A stretch of 64,000 nt of DNA. Origin: Lama glama (lineage: Eukaryota). The DNA lies in the NCBI GenBank assembly GCA_028534125.1, contig CM052818.1, positions 43,464,001-43,528,000 of the forward strand. The letters are read 5' to 3'. A program made the translations under genes and the position numbers. The notes under the pieces were generated by a model, which ran no database searches, was not told the DNA's origin, and worked only from the letters and a program-made list of their open reading frames with translations. Shown in pieces: positions 51,179-64,000 of the stretch (positions are counted from its first letter, which is position 1; every line of letters begins with the position of its first letter).

Positions 51179-52284
51179 ATTTCCAGAGAGTCTCTAAAAG
51201 AAATGCCAGTTTCTTCCATTATAGAAATAATGTTTAAATTTTTTTCAAAAGTACAGAATTTTTGAATTTTACTGAAAGTAGAATTCTTCTTGACTCGTAT
51301 TACTAATTGCAGAGACCACAATAGCACTGCCTAACCTCACTCAAATAAGGAGAAGAGGTCTATTGTTCATTACCAGACCCCAAAGCAGGAAATTTGCAGA
51401 GGGAAACTCAGCTTACCTCATGATGCATTTTAATTTAACAGCCATTTAGTGAATATTACATGAAAAGTATTGGAAGGGATAGAAGGGGGTGATGAGATTC
51501 TGTGCCGTGAATTCATAGAGTCAGACAGCATCTTTTAAGATCATATACCAGGGATCATTTTGCAGGACAACTTTTAAGTCGTGTCAGCAGGGCTATGGTT
51601 TCCCAGAGTCATCTAGCTACTTTCTGCACGGCTGTAAATCACAGCATTTCTGTTACTCAGTTTCTTGGCAAATTGAAATACAAACTTGCCCTTAACCTCT
51701 AATTTTCCTTTATGAACAATTTTAGGTTTATCATCAGCAAAATGGAGAAAATAATATCACACACTAATTGTTAAGATTAAAGAAAATACTCTGTGGAAAG
51801 CTCCTGTTACGTTGCTGTGCTGTATTGGATAGGGTCACCGTGGTTCTTGCATTGTCATTGTCCTAATCATTACTTGCAGACGGCTGTCATCTTCTGCTTG
51901 GCATCCCTTTCCTTAGCACCAGATATGGTGAAAACAAGATTATGAACACTCATAAGAGCCTCACTTGGCTAGGAAAATTCAGTGTCTCCACTCTTGGTAT
52001 ACCTACCTCTTTGCATGTATGGATGGACACGTACATGTGGGCATCTCACAGAAACTCACTACAAAAATCAGTGATTCTCCACATATTATATTGGTAACTC
52101 CTCAAAATTCTTGTTTCAGATTCTCCGTCTTGCTCACAAGGCTGAATAAGACTGAGTATCCCCAGATTTGATTTAGCACACTAGGCTAAGCTTTAGAAAT
52201 AAATAGAATGTCAAATCATTATATTGTACTCTTAAACTTAAAAAAAAGAGAAGTAGAATGAAATCAAAGAAGACAGTATATACT

Positions 52285-52645
52285 TGTTATGAACTGAATG
52301 TCTGTATCCCCGTAAAAGACCCATGTTCAAATTTAATCCCTAATACAATGGTATTTGGAGATGGGGCCTTTGGGAAGTGATTAGGTAATGAGGGTAGGCA
52401 TCTTATGAAGGGGATTAGTGCCCTTATAGAGAGAGGGCAGGGGGCCAGCTTGCTCTCTTTCTGCTGCCTGAAGACACAATGAGCAGTCAGCCACCTGTAG
52501 TCCAGAGGAGGGCTCTTACTAGAATCTGACCATACTGACACCATGATCTTGGACTCCCAGCATCGAGAACTATGGAAAATAAATTTTTGTTGTTGATAAG
52601 CCTCCCCATTTATGTTAATTTATTATAATAGCCTGAGCCAAGACA
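52285..52645 (+). mobile_element. MaLR solo LTR, MLT1A-like
   Basis: tgttatgaactgaatg...gcctgagccaagaca; AATAAA; 5-bp TSD ATACT/ATGCT. Confidence 0.9.
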
Positions 52646-53736
52646 ATGCTTGAACAGAAATCTACAGAATTATTTCTTCACGTATATAATGTAATGGTTC
52701 ACATTTCAGAATTTCCTGTTGTTTTATGAGTGATTCGGATTTATTTCTCTAGAGTAGCTTCTCTGATCTCTTGTGTAGTACCTCAATGGTCACCCAATCA
52801 TGTTTAAATCATGCTCCAACTCCCCAGTTGACAAAGCAATTCAAAAATAAAAGAAATTCATAGTCTTGAAAATTCTGAAAGTTATATCAAAAAAAAATCA
52901 CAATAAAGCACTGACTTTGTCAAATGTATTCCATATAGTATCTATTTTCTCTGTTTCACTAAATATTTATTATTTGGATAAACTCAATACATAATACATT
53001 ATTATCTTATGAAAATTAATTTTTAACACATCTCACAGGCAACTCAGGGGTCACTAGCTGGAGGAAGAACACAATCTCCTCACTGATCTCATTTTTACTA
53101 ATTTTGCCAAAGCAAAGACATTGGTCTCTCTATATATCACATCTAGGAATAACCAGGCCTGGCCTACAGATTGCTTAATCTGGGCCTGACAGGAATAAAG
53201 ATAAGAGGAATCTTTTTGGGGAAAAAAAAAACACTAGTTATGCCAGAGAGAAACTTTCATTTAGGGTTCCAGTTCACGCCCCGAAGTTCTAAAAGGGGAA
53301 TCACCGTGCTTCCTCCCACGACTCATAAGCCTCAGCAGCTCCGCTGCAGAGATTTCAATGATCTATGCAATCCTCCCCTAATAATTTCCTTCACAATTAA
53401 TGAGAGTATGAGTAGAAAGGAAACTTGACTCTGTGAGGATACATGGTTTTATAGTCAACACAGAAGTGTGTATTAAATTGAAAAAATAAGTTATTACCGA
53501 GAAATTTTCCCTTCATTAGTTTCGTTTTGTCTAATTAGCCTTTTACAAAACCATTTGTATTTAGGATAAGAATATGGTTTTGGCACAAATTGTGAAGGTA
53601 GAGTGCAGAAAATAAGAATCACCTGAAATTAATCCCATAAGAATTAGGCCTGGTATGATAGGTAGACGGTTAGGAAGAGAGAGAGAGAGAATGAGTAATA
53701 GATAACAGACATGGGAAATAGAAAAGGAAAGATAGT

Positions 53737-53946
53737 AATATAAGCTCAAACCCATCCTACTGAGAACAAAAGATGATACTGTATAGTACAGGGAAATATA
53801 TACAAGATCTTGTGGTAGCTCACAGCGAAAAAAATGTGACAATGAATATATGTATGTTCATGTATAACTGAAAAATTGTGCTCTACACTGGAATTTGACA
53901 CAGCATTGTAAAATGACTGTAACTCCATAAAAAAAAGTTAAAAAAA
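53737..53946 (+). mobile_element. Young 5'-truncated camelid-type L1 3' end with poly(A) and perfect 15-bp TSD
   Basis: TSD AAAAGGAAAGATAGT (53722-53736, 53947-53961); body gggaaatatatacaagatcttgtggtagctcacagcgaaaa...ctctacactggaatttgacac. Confidence 0.9.
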
Positions 53947-54814
53947 AAAAGGAAAGATAGTTATTTATCCAATTCAGAATTAGGGAAGGACTTACATATT
54001 TGAACACAACTGAATAGGTTTTGTTTTAAGGATCATAGTGCCATGTATTTAAATCTTTGATGTTTTACTTAACATCATATAATTAGCATCATCTATTTAA
54101 TATTAAGAAGTAGAGGCAGATAGCATATTCAAAGAAGCTGTTCTTTTCATTTTGGTTTTGCAACTGTTCCTTTTACCCTTCCTTTGTGTGTTTATTTTTC
54201 CTTAGTGATAGTGAACATTCATAAAGATAATTTGATTTATATTTTAAATTGCGCTGTCTTCAGAGCCTAAACCCAAAACTAATGCTCCTTGGTTGCCTTC
54301 AGCTTAGAAAACTTGCCTTAAAGATATTTTCCAGATTCCTCTGCTGATTCCTGTCCTGGGCTGTTTGTCTGTGATATGTAGTTTAATTTTCTTTGTTCCC
54401 ACCTTTGTGTCAGCAGAGTTTCCATGGACTTACTATGGGACATAATAAATAATGTAAACAGTGTAAGAATATTGGATGGAATCCTCCCGGTTAACCTAAT
54501 GTAAGAGGCACACTTTTCCTCGGTGACAGGAAACTGTACAGATAATTCTGTCATAGCGATGCTTGTTCTTGCTCCAACTCCCAAATAAATTGCAGACAAA
54601 TACAATGTGTTAGGTGCTATGTTTTCACTGTGAGTTGAGTGAATCACAATAACATCACTTAAACTTACATTAAATGTTCACAAACTTGCATATTCACTGT
54701 AAAGTTTACGAAGCAAAAAACAGAGCCCAAGGAACTTAGACCAGGCATTTATACTTTTAACATTCTATGGAAATAAGATTTATATAATCACTTATCTTAT
54801 GGTATTTACAAGTG

Positions 54815-55030
54815 GATCATGGGTTTGGATATCAAAAGATATGGAAATAGGTTCCCTTTCTAGAACTCACTAGTTGTGTAAATGCTGGCACATTATTGAC
54901 TTCTAAGAGGTGTAAATACTTCAACTGTAAAATAAGGATCAAAAATTTTACTTTAAAAGATAATTTCCAGGATAAGAGATAATTCTTGTGAAGCTCATAT
55001 CTCAGTTCATGGCTCAGATTGTAGGTGCTA
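54815..55030 (+). mobile_element. MIR SINE remnant
   Basis: gatcatgggtttggatatcaaaaga...actcactagttgtgta...ctgtaaaataaggat. Confidence 0.65.
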
Positions 55031-55394
55031 TTGTTATAGTGTTTGTGCTAATATTATTAGTGCTACTAATAAAACCTAATGATGGTTGGGGAAGATGAGA
55101 TCTATAGAACCAGCAAAAATTGATTTCAGATTTAGGCAGTATCATATTTACATGGAGGATTAAGCAGTCTTCCTTAAAGAGAAACATCTGCCACAGAGTT
55201 TGAAAGATGAATGGAATTCAACATGTAGATGTAAGACAGTGAACTTGCCAGTAAACTAAATAGTATACTCAAAGGGAGAGTTGAAAGAGAAAGTTGAACC
55301 ACAGTTTGGGAATAACAAGAAATCTGTTATGTCTGAAGATACAATCTATATGTCTGAAGATAAATAAAGAGAGATAATGGAAGCTAAGAGCTAC

Positions 55395-55712
55395 ATGTAA
55401 GCTACAGTTTCATAGCACAAGATGTGAAACTCCTGGGTCAGAGACAAAGCACTTCATCACTCATGACACTCATGGCAGGTGGAAAGAGCTTCACATCGAC
55501 GATGGTTGCCCTCACTCGCTCCCACTGGGTGATGCAGAGGTAGTTCCAAGTAGATGCTGTGTATACGGTGGGTTTATAATACAGGTGAGTAACCCTGACT
55601 TTAGGAAAACCCAGCCTTTTAAAAAGGGTTACCAATGAACGTGCCCAACCTGAGCTCCAGTGGAGGACATTGTCTGTATTAATCCTATCAGGAAGCAAAT
55701 CTGCCCTCTTCC
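55395..55712 (-). mobile_element. ERVL LTR fragment, MER54/MER73/MER74-like
   Basis: aactcctgggtcagagacaaagcacttcatcactca and aaccctgactttaggaaaacccagccttt motifs. Confidence 0.6.
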
Positions 55713-57064
55713 ATATATATGTATGCATGTATGTATTGGGGGATGGATAGGGATTGTGGATATGGATGTAGATATGATTATAGACGTAGGTTCACATGTT
55801 GAACAAGTAGTTGGAGGATAGTTGGGTGATTACAATTTATTAGAAAGGTTTTTTTGTTTGTCTATTTGTTCACTTGAACCCAGATTCAATCCTTAAGATT
55901 TACTTTTTGTTTTTCTTTTTGCTGTTTGTTGTATTTTTCCAAAGAATGAAATTAATCCTAGGGCATTCTTTCCCTAAGAATGCAGCATTTGGAGGGACAT
56001 GGTTTAATACATGTGTCTAGAAATCTGACTCTCAACCATACATGGGATCCAAGGCCTTGCCCCCTGTGTTCTACCTCAGTTAATGCTTGTTTCCAGCAGA
56101 TGCCTGAGGCAGCCTGTCGTTCAAGTTCTCAGCTTTCGGTTCCTCTGTCTCCATTGTTTCCTTTTGTAAGTTCATCTATACATTTAAAAGATACTATCTC
56201 TAGTGTTTGAAGCAAGATTTTTTTCCGCATAATTTCTAGTCTGCCAATCGTCCTATAAATGGAAGACTTCCATCTACTATCTATGATCTTGGCATTCTTT
56301 ACCTGCAAGATTGGTCATAAATACCAACAGTAACGTATTTATTAAAGTTCCCTGGAAGTAATGACACTAAAAATAAATTTTGTGTTTTGGAATATTATTT
56401 TATAGTAATTGTATATTGCATATAATAATTATGTTAATATTGTATATGATGTATAAAACACCTCTACTGTTTGTAAGAAAATGTTATTCTCCAAGAGATT
56501 ACAATTTAAAATAATTTGTAAGTGAAAGCAGAACTTAAATATTTCTATTTAAGGATAGTTTTCTTTAGGCTCTAGTTTGATGTTGCCAGCTGCCCACAGG
56601 GAACTGGTTTCCATTTTCCATAAAATGCATAGTTAACAGAGACCACAAACTTAGTTTTGCTCCTGTGTAATTGTGATTTATCTTTCTGGCCATTATCCAT
56701 TTATATTATTTTTCTCAGATCATTTTTTAAGTCATGCCTACTAGTGGCAACCTAACCTAAGAAATTACCTGCAACAAAAACAAAAGGATTCTTTAAAATC
56801 TTGCACAAATAATGCATAAAGATAATTATCATAGCAATGTTTGGAAAAGCAAATAAGCAGGGAGTGCCTAAATTGACTATAATAATTAGAGATACTCAAT
56901 GAATAATATATACGTATATATTCTTCACTTGAAATATTGTGCATCCAAAGTAACATTGGTTACAAAGAATTTTTAATGATATAAAAGAATACCGAAAGCA
57001 TGTCAAGTGAAAACATGATACAAAATTATAGGAGCCCAAGGAGATTGACATCTGCCTAGTTATT

Positions 57065-57300
57065 TTAGGACTATTGTTGAATAGGCAAATCTGAATTTGA
57101 ATCTCAATTCTACCAGTTACTGGCTGTATTATTAAGAGGAAGTTAATATCCTTTATTTGTCTCGTCTGTAAAACAGAAGTAATCATACTTTCTTTACAGG
57201 GATTTTATAAGGACTAGAAAGGGGAGAAAATACACAAATACCTAGCTCAGTGCCTTCTTTAAAACCAATCACTAGAATGTAAATCGTATTCAGTATTGCC
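57065..57300 (+). mobile_element. MIR SINE remnant
   Basis: ctgaatttgaatctcaattctaccagttactggctgt...ctcgtctgtaaaacagaagtaatcatac. Confidence 0.75.
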
Positions 57301-60300
57301 ATTGTCATTATTATGTTGAGTACCATGGCAAAAAAAAAAAAAAATCCACCATAAGAGAAAGAGAAGATAGCTATTTTTTTGTTTTGTTTTGTTTTTCTCC
57401 AAAGATATTTTATTTAGGTAATATGTAAAGCCAATAAGCAAGAAAAATGTATATACATCTTATTTAGAAATACGGGATAAATACGAGGATAAATAGCTGA
57501 GACAAAGGAAAGCTGTGGCTCTCCTGGAAAAAGCATGGTCAGCAGAAAGAGGTGGGTCAGGTTATTGCTCTTATTATCAGCTTTATAGTTCAATTTTTAT
57601 CCCATTGTGTATCTGTCACATTGATAACAGTGAAAATTATATTTAAAAGGAGAAAATGCATTAGCTGGGGAAATGGAACAATCTCGTCAGTTTTTTAAAG
57701 TACTAGGACAGTTGTTTAGAGCCTGGAATTGCCACCTTAAAGCAGCTTGATACTAATACTGTTACATTTTCAGAAAAGAAAACGAAATTGAATTAACAAT
57801 GCTTTTACTTCCATCTTTTTACTATTTAAAATATATATATATGTATCTCTAGACAACGTCTCTCCCCTCTGTTCTTTCATCATCTCCAGTCCCTCCCAGA
57901 GTTAACCATCACTGGGAAAGTTCGTGTTCTTCCTGCTATGCAAGCTTTCAGATTTTTGTGTGCGTCAAATGTCAATGCCAGTCTCATGTTTTAGAACCAT
58001 TTAGAATCTTTCTATGTTAACTTTTTAAAACTTACCAATCTTGATAAATATAAATCCAGTTCAGAAACTAAGCCAAAGTGTTTATCAGTACTGGTGGTAA
58101 TAATATGAACAGTTAGGTATTTCATTTTTCTACTCTTCGTTATCCAGAGTTTTCAAAATGGGCACCAGCCCCTACCATGTCTTTCTACATTTGCTATGGA
58201 AATCTCTCTGGAGCAATGCAACCGTGGTGCGGAAACAGTGAAGAAACTGGGAGATCATGCATTCGTTCATGGAATGGTACTTAGAGAAGACAGTCATAAG
58301 CCCAATGTCTTCTGTTTAACTTTGATGACATTATTACCATCTCATTAGCTAAAATTTGTATGAGGAGACATATTCTGCATGGATGAAAACCGTGTCAATA
58401 GTCAGCGGGCATTAGTTGAATCTCTTCACACTGAGGGCTGCACACTTCCAGAATCATTCATTAGAAGCCTGGCCAAGTCAGCATCATTCATTAACTGTCT
58501 CTTTACTGAATAGGAAAAATGAATGGATTCCTATAATCTGGCATTAATAAATTGCAACCATTTGGGAAAGTATTCAAATGGAAAATGGTGAGGTTCATCA
58601 TTGAAATTATATTTGATGACTTGGGTTTGTTCTGGCTCATTTAAAGATACCATTTTGATAGGACTTTATCCCTGATGGTGGGTAATAATGGGTACTCGAG
58701 CCAAATCAAAGGGTAAGTTTAAGCAGGACCCAATGGGACTAAAAGGCAAATTCATATAATAAACATGAAAGCTGAAAGTATCCTTGTGGAACATGTAGGG
58801 GAAGACATTTTCAAACTTCTAAAAATTGATCTTTTCTTTTTCTTGTAAGAAAAGTATAATTAAACAAATAGGGAAGTATACTGATCTCTATTTAGCTCAT
58901 TTTACAAAGGGTAAAATTGAAGATCAAAATGAAAAAGCAAGGAAGTTACTACAATTCTTTAGGAGAATTACTTTCCTCTCAAGTCCTCCCATAGCGGATG
59001 GAGTGCTTTCTTTATAAGCAAATAGGTACAGAGAAAAAATAACATGTAACTTTTACTTTGAATTTCTAAAGTGGTTTTCAATATGTGCAATGTGTATATA
59101 TCATTTAGATCAGGATTGAGACATGTTTTTTGAATAAGGTGACACTTGAAGTGGGGTTTGAAAAACAAGTGTACATTGCATCAAAATGTGTTATTTTTTT
59201 TTCTTCTTTTGTTTCGACAAGACTGTGACCTCAAGCAAAGAGACTAAGCTTTATTTATATTGGTATATTCAGTGCTTGAATGGTATCTAAAACAGAGTGA
59301 GTATACATAAATGTGGCTTGCATGTCTCAATTCAAGTTGAATTCAAGTATGCACGTTGAAAAAATCTGAATCTAATCTAGAAATATCCTATGTGTTTAAC
59401 TTCAGAAATTTACCAATTTTTTCCCTTAATATTTATTGTCTGCTAGATGAATTTTACCCCTGTTGTGACTGTTTTTGACGGGATGATTTTTGGTAAGAAT
59501 CTCTGTCATATCACAAATATTACTTGTGAAAATAAAACGCTGCATGTCAGGAGTATTCACAACCCTCAAAGTAGTAGGAAATGTCTATGTAAAGATCCAG
59601 AAGTTTTAAATTAAACATAGTAGATTTCCTTGAAAAAGTAAAACAGCCAGCCGTTTATTCATTAACTCATTCATTTATCAAACATAAAGTAAGAGCCTAT
59701 TCTATGCCAGGAAGAGATATGTAAATATCAAAGACAGCCAGTATCCTTTTATGATACTCTTCTCATATCCCCATAAACAAAGTTATTATTATTCGTACAC
59801 TTCAGGCAAGAGAACTGAAGTATATGTTAGCTCTTCTATTGTCTTTCAGTCTTTTCTCTACACATAAGTTGGAGCCTTAAGAGGCTGCTGCCACTGCTAT
59901 TGTGTTCTTTAAACAATGAGAGTAATTAAAATGGCATTACCTATACCATTTCTGGGTACTCAATACTTTTTTGCTAAGTATCAGTCAAACACTAGTTCAT
60001 TCTTTTAAAACATACTCCAACAGAAATTGTTTATGCTATATGTATGATACTATGTGCCAGAAATTGTGGCAACATACTAGGAAACAATAACAAATAAGAC
60101 ACAGTTGTTTTCCATATGCAGTTCAGGGACTAATGTGGGGCAGATATATAAACATAAAATTTCTAAGAAAAACATCGCCAAGTATGTTAATAGAGGTAAG
60201 GACTGGTTAAAGTGTTGCACAAAGGCAAGGATCATGTTTCCTTAGGATTTCGAACATCTAGCTTGACTAACTGAAAGGTCAAATTCAACCAGCTATCCCT

Positions 60301-61132
60301 GTAGGCAAAGAAAGTATAACTGGTGATTGACACTAAGTTTCTAAAAATTTCCTGAGCATGATGTTAAAGGATTTCCAAGACCTGATTTCAGTCAGTGCTT
60401 CAGCCTCATCTACAATTCCTTTCTGTCACACACCCTACACTGTAGTCCTAAGAATTACCAGAATTCTTAAAACATTGACTTTTATAATATTTTATACTCT
60501 TGCTCCTTTTTTTCCCATTAATGCCTCGCATACAATTACCTTGGAAAGTTTACTCCCATGTCACTGATCATCTCAAATGTGTCTATATTAGCGAAACCTT
60601 CAGTCCCAACCTCTGTCCTATAAACACCACACACAACGTATTTCTATATAATAAACACAATATCAAAATTTAATATCCTCTATTCATGATAACCTATATT
60701 TTGTCCATTATCTAATAAGTTCTAGAGTGTTATAATAGAAGAACAATTATTTTTATTAAAACCATAATGGGGAAAATCTCTCCTCATTGTTTCAAAAATT
60801 CAAGGATTTCAATTTTCTCTTTGATTTTACTAGAGTGCTCTCACTAAAAACTCCATGGGAAATTAATGTAAAAATTTTTGTTGTTGAAAATTGACACACA
60901 AACTTAGCACAGTTATATGAGGTATTAGCTTTGTGTCTTTATTTTAGAGCACAAACGATACACAAGAGTAAGCATTTTCCAGAGAACCCAAATGAAATAT
61001 AAAATGTCAAAATCAAACACTTGTATGATTATTCCAAATCTTTATGTGAATACATCCAAAATACTAAATATAAAAATTTAAACACATGCATTTTTTAATA
61101 CCTGAAATATATCAAGTTGTATTACCTCTGGC

Positions 61133-61632
61133 TTAATAGCTCTAGGAGTGTTTTTGCCAAGCCTTTGGGATTTTCTGCGTAGACAATAATGTTATCTGTA
61201 AACAGACAGTTTTGGTGCTTTCTTCTCAAAACCTTATACCTTTTTTTTCTTACCTTATTGCACTAGCTATTACTTCAGTACAATGTTGAACAGAAACAGT
61301 GAGAGGGAATATCCCTGCCTTGTTCTCATTCTCACTGGGAAAGCATTTGATTTCTCACCACTAGTTATGATAGTTTTTGTAGGTTTATTGTAGATGCTTT
61401 TTATTACAGGGAGACCTTTCTCCTCCATTAGTAGTCTACTGAGATTTTGTGTGTGTGTATGTGTGTTGAATGAATTTTGGGTTGCATGATAATGCTTTCC
61501 TGTTGGCAAGGTGGATTACATTTATTGCATTTCAAAAGGTGAACTTTATAAATCTGGAATAAATATCACTTGGTTGTGATGTACAATTCTTTTCTTATAT
61601 TGTTGAATTTGATTTGTGAATACTTTGTTGGA
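61133..61632 (-). mobile_element. Old L1M ORF2 RT fragment
   Basis: Minus ORF 61270-61509 gives IKSIYNKPT...AFPVRMRTRQGYSLSLFLFNIVL; downstream LFTDNIIVYAENPK corresponds to the FADD motif. Confidence 0.9.
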
Positions 61633-61754
61633 ACATACAACTTTTTCACTTTATTTTTAACATATTGAAAATGTTGAAATTTAAAAATTTAGTTGACCTA
61701 TATAAGCTTACTTTGATAAGGAATAGTATAGTTAAAATTATAATTTTATCCGAT

Positions 61755-61960
61755 ACTTATTGAGTGTTTTTTGTCAAGCAACATGCTTAAGTACTTCAAA
61801 AGCACTATCTTACTTGTCACATAAGTGTGTAAGATTAGAGTTAATTTTATGTATATCTTACAAATCAAATAGTCAAGTGACATGATCTGTGTAGTAGAGT
61901 TAGTATCCATAACCAGGTGTTTCTGATTCCCAAGTTATGGTCTTTTTGTTCAATCATATT
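61755..61960 (-). mobile_element. MIR SINE remnant
   Basis: tacttattgagtg...aaccaggtgtttctgattcccaag. Confidence 0.55.
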
Positions 61961-62544
61961 ATCCAATATATTCAGCATACTGCTCCTCTCTCTCTCTCTT
62001 CCTTAATCTCTCTCATATATATACATATAGACAGATTACAAATGCAGATCTGGATCTATAACCCCATGTTTCTGACTCCTGTGTTCATGTCCCTGTGCCT
62101 GTACCTGTGGGAGGTTAGATTATCCATGTCCTTAGTAAGGTTTCTAGGCAGTAAGGTACAGACGGTTCTTGGATCAAACTACAAAAAATATATTAGAAGC
62201 ACCTATCTGTAGATATCAGTAATCTCAGATATCTTATACCATGTACATGAGTTTATAAATTGACCTAAATATACAATTCAGTGACAGAGTCCTTAAGGTC
62301 ATGTTTACTATCATGTATTTCTGTCACTGTGCATGCATATATACATATATAAATATATTCATATAAATATTTATATCACCACTGAATTTTTCCATTAAAA
62401 ATACAGACCTTAATAGGAATTAGCCAGATTTTATATGCTGTCTTTTAAAATAATATTTTGAAGAATTTTATTATATGTGTGTGTGTGTGTGTGTAGTACA
62501 TTATGCTTTTCACATCATGTTAACGTACACGTTAACAGCCACAA

Positions 62545-62728
62545 CAAAAATCTTTGAGGAGCAGTACAATATAATGGACAAAATCATGGGCTCTGAATCA
62601 GCAGGCCAGGTTTTAACTTCTGTGATTGTAAGCAAATTACTTCAGTTTTCTATCTCAATACCTTCATCTGTTGAGTATGATTAAAAATTGTACTCACTCA
62701 TATAGTTTCTTTGACAATTACTTTAGTT
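62545..62728 (+). mobile_element. MIR SINE remnant
   Basis: atcatgggctctgaatcagcagg...gcaaattacttcagttttctatctcaataccttcatctg. Confidence 0.7.
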
Positions 62729-62729
62729 A

Positions 62730-62915
62730 ATATCAAATTTCACCAAATATAAGAGACCATAAGTTGAAGGATAAACGACTATGTTTGGTACCACTGTGAC
62801 TATAAAATTATTGTGCTCCCAACATTTATGAAAAGGTGCATTCAATTTTAGGAGACTCCTGATTTCAAAGATGTTCATAAGTGAAAAAAGTACCTTAGAA
62901 TTGCATTATATAAAA
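62730..62915 (-). mobile_element. hAT DNA transposon, MER96-like
   Basis: ctcctgatttcaaagatgttcataagtgaaaaaagtaccttagaattg resembles the recalled reverse MER96B end. Confidence 0.55.
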
Positions 62916-64000
62916 ATCAATAAGATAGCTCTAGAATGATTTGCTGTTATTAGGTAAAATATTTTTGCTCATTTGACAAATGAGAAAACTTTGATAAAAG
63001 AGGGTACAATAATTTCCTGAAGACCAGACAGCCAATCTGATTTAGGAATATTATTAAGTGGTCCCAATTGCTACATTGGTGTCATTTCCAGTTTACCATG
63101 CTTCGAAATATGATTTATAGTAGAAGCAACAAGTTGAAAAGTATGCCTCTCATTTGATGCATAACATGCCAGTTTTAGTAGCAAAACTCACTTAATTTAT
63201 TCTAAATTAGTAGAGTTTGCCTTACAAATGTGATTTAGTTGATACGTTGGGATTAAATGCAACATAGCAACTAAATCCCCAACATAATCTTTTAAAACGT
63301 GACTTCCTTAAAAAGACTGTATTCAGTTTTTCAATGTTAGCATATAAAAATAACTACACTTAAATGAAATTGAAAATGTAAAATTCCAAAATACGTATAC
63401 ACAAAATAACAGCCTCACTTGTACTTTGCTATTTTATCCATGAGGAAACACAGACTCAGAGAAGTTATGCCACTAGCTGATTATTCAAATAAAATTTCAA
63501 ATTGACATACAATTTTCTGTGTATCTTGAGGGCATCAAAGTCATTGCCCCACACTGGGGTCCTATGAGCTGTCTTTTCCAGTTGTGATCAATCTACCCCT
63601 CAGGGGCCAAATTAATTTTGCTAAACATCTCTGCTTTGTTCTCTCATTTAGATATATTTTGTGGTCCTCAAAATATTAGAATAAAACACTTTCGGGTTTT
63701 CAAGCCAACTCAATTTTATGAGTGCGTAATTTTACTAGAAATGTTATTCCACTGATACAATGAGACAGAACTCCTGCCACAGCCTGCTGTTACTCAGTGG
63801 GCAAGGCTGGCCTGAGCCAGTTGACAGTCATTTAGCCTTGCATTAGTGTGTTAGACGACTTATTGGGTGTAATGATTATTTGATGAGACAAGCTATTAAA
63901 ATGAACTTTGCCAAAGACGAAGAATAGTGGAGAACTCTCATTTATTTTAATTTTTGTTCCTATTTCCAACTGCTGAGACAAGCCTGCTTATATTTTGATC

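Noticed and set aside
56300..56370. Minus-strand 64-nt exon-like unit (ttttAG...CAG|GTAAAG)
   Set aside because: Not frame-preserving, peptide unrecognised, no partner exons identified
56760..56795. Minus-strand ttttgtttttgttgcAG|GTAATT recursive-like site
   Set aside because: Weak donor, and the tract is a simple CAAAA-type repeat
1..64000. Supplied six-frame ORFs (60-140 aa) as genes
   Set aside because: Short, many with non-ATG starts, no recognisable host-protein motifs; those with recognisable content are L1 fragments

Overview
AT-rich, CpG-depleted mammalian genomic DNA with no recognisable protein-coding gene, rRNA, tRNA gene or CRISPR array. It is either intergenic or lies deep in a very long intron. 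A tRNA-derived SINE (40654-40784) and two TSD-flanked L1 3' ends (45711-45830, 53737-53946) match my recollection of camelid (camel/alpaca/llama) repeats, so the source is probably a camelid. Much of the window is interspersed repeats: many MIR and L2 remnants, old L1M pieces, solo LTRs (LTR16C-, MER21/77-, MLT1-, MLT2-, MER34-, MER54/74-like and lineage ERV1-type) and DNA transposons (Tigger1, MER2-like, MER102, MER96-like), often nested. The supplied ORFs are chance ORFs or repeat fragments. The best leads lie in a repeat-poor block at 29.8-33.4 kb: a candidate promoter/first exon, a frame-preserving 48-nt cassette-exon candidate with a downstream RBFOX motif, and a recursive-splice-like AG|GTAAG site. 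There is also a possible very ancient reverse-transcriptase relic at 2.7 kb. I found no convincing novel biological system. Repeat family names come from recalled consensus sequences, not database searches, and boundaries without TSDs are approximate.
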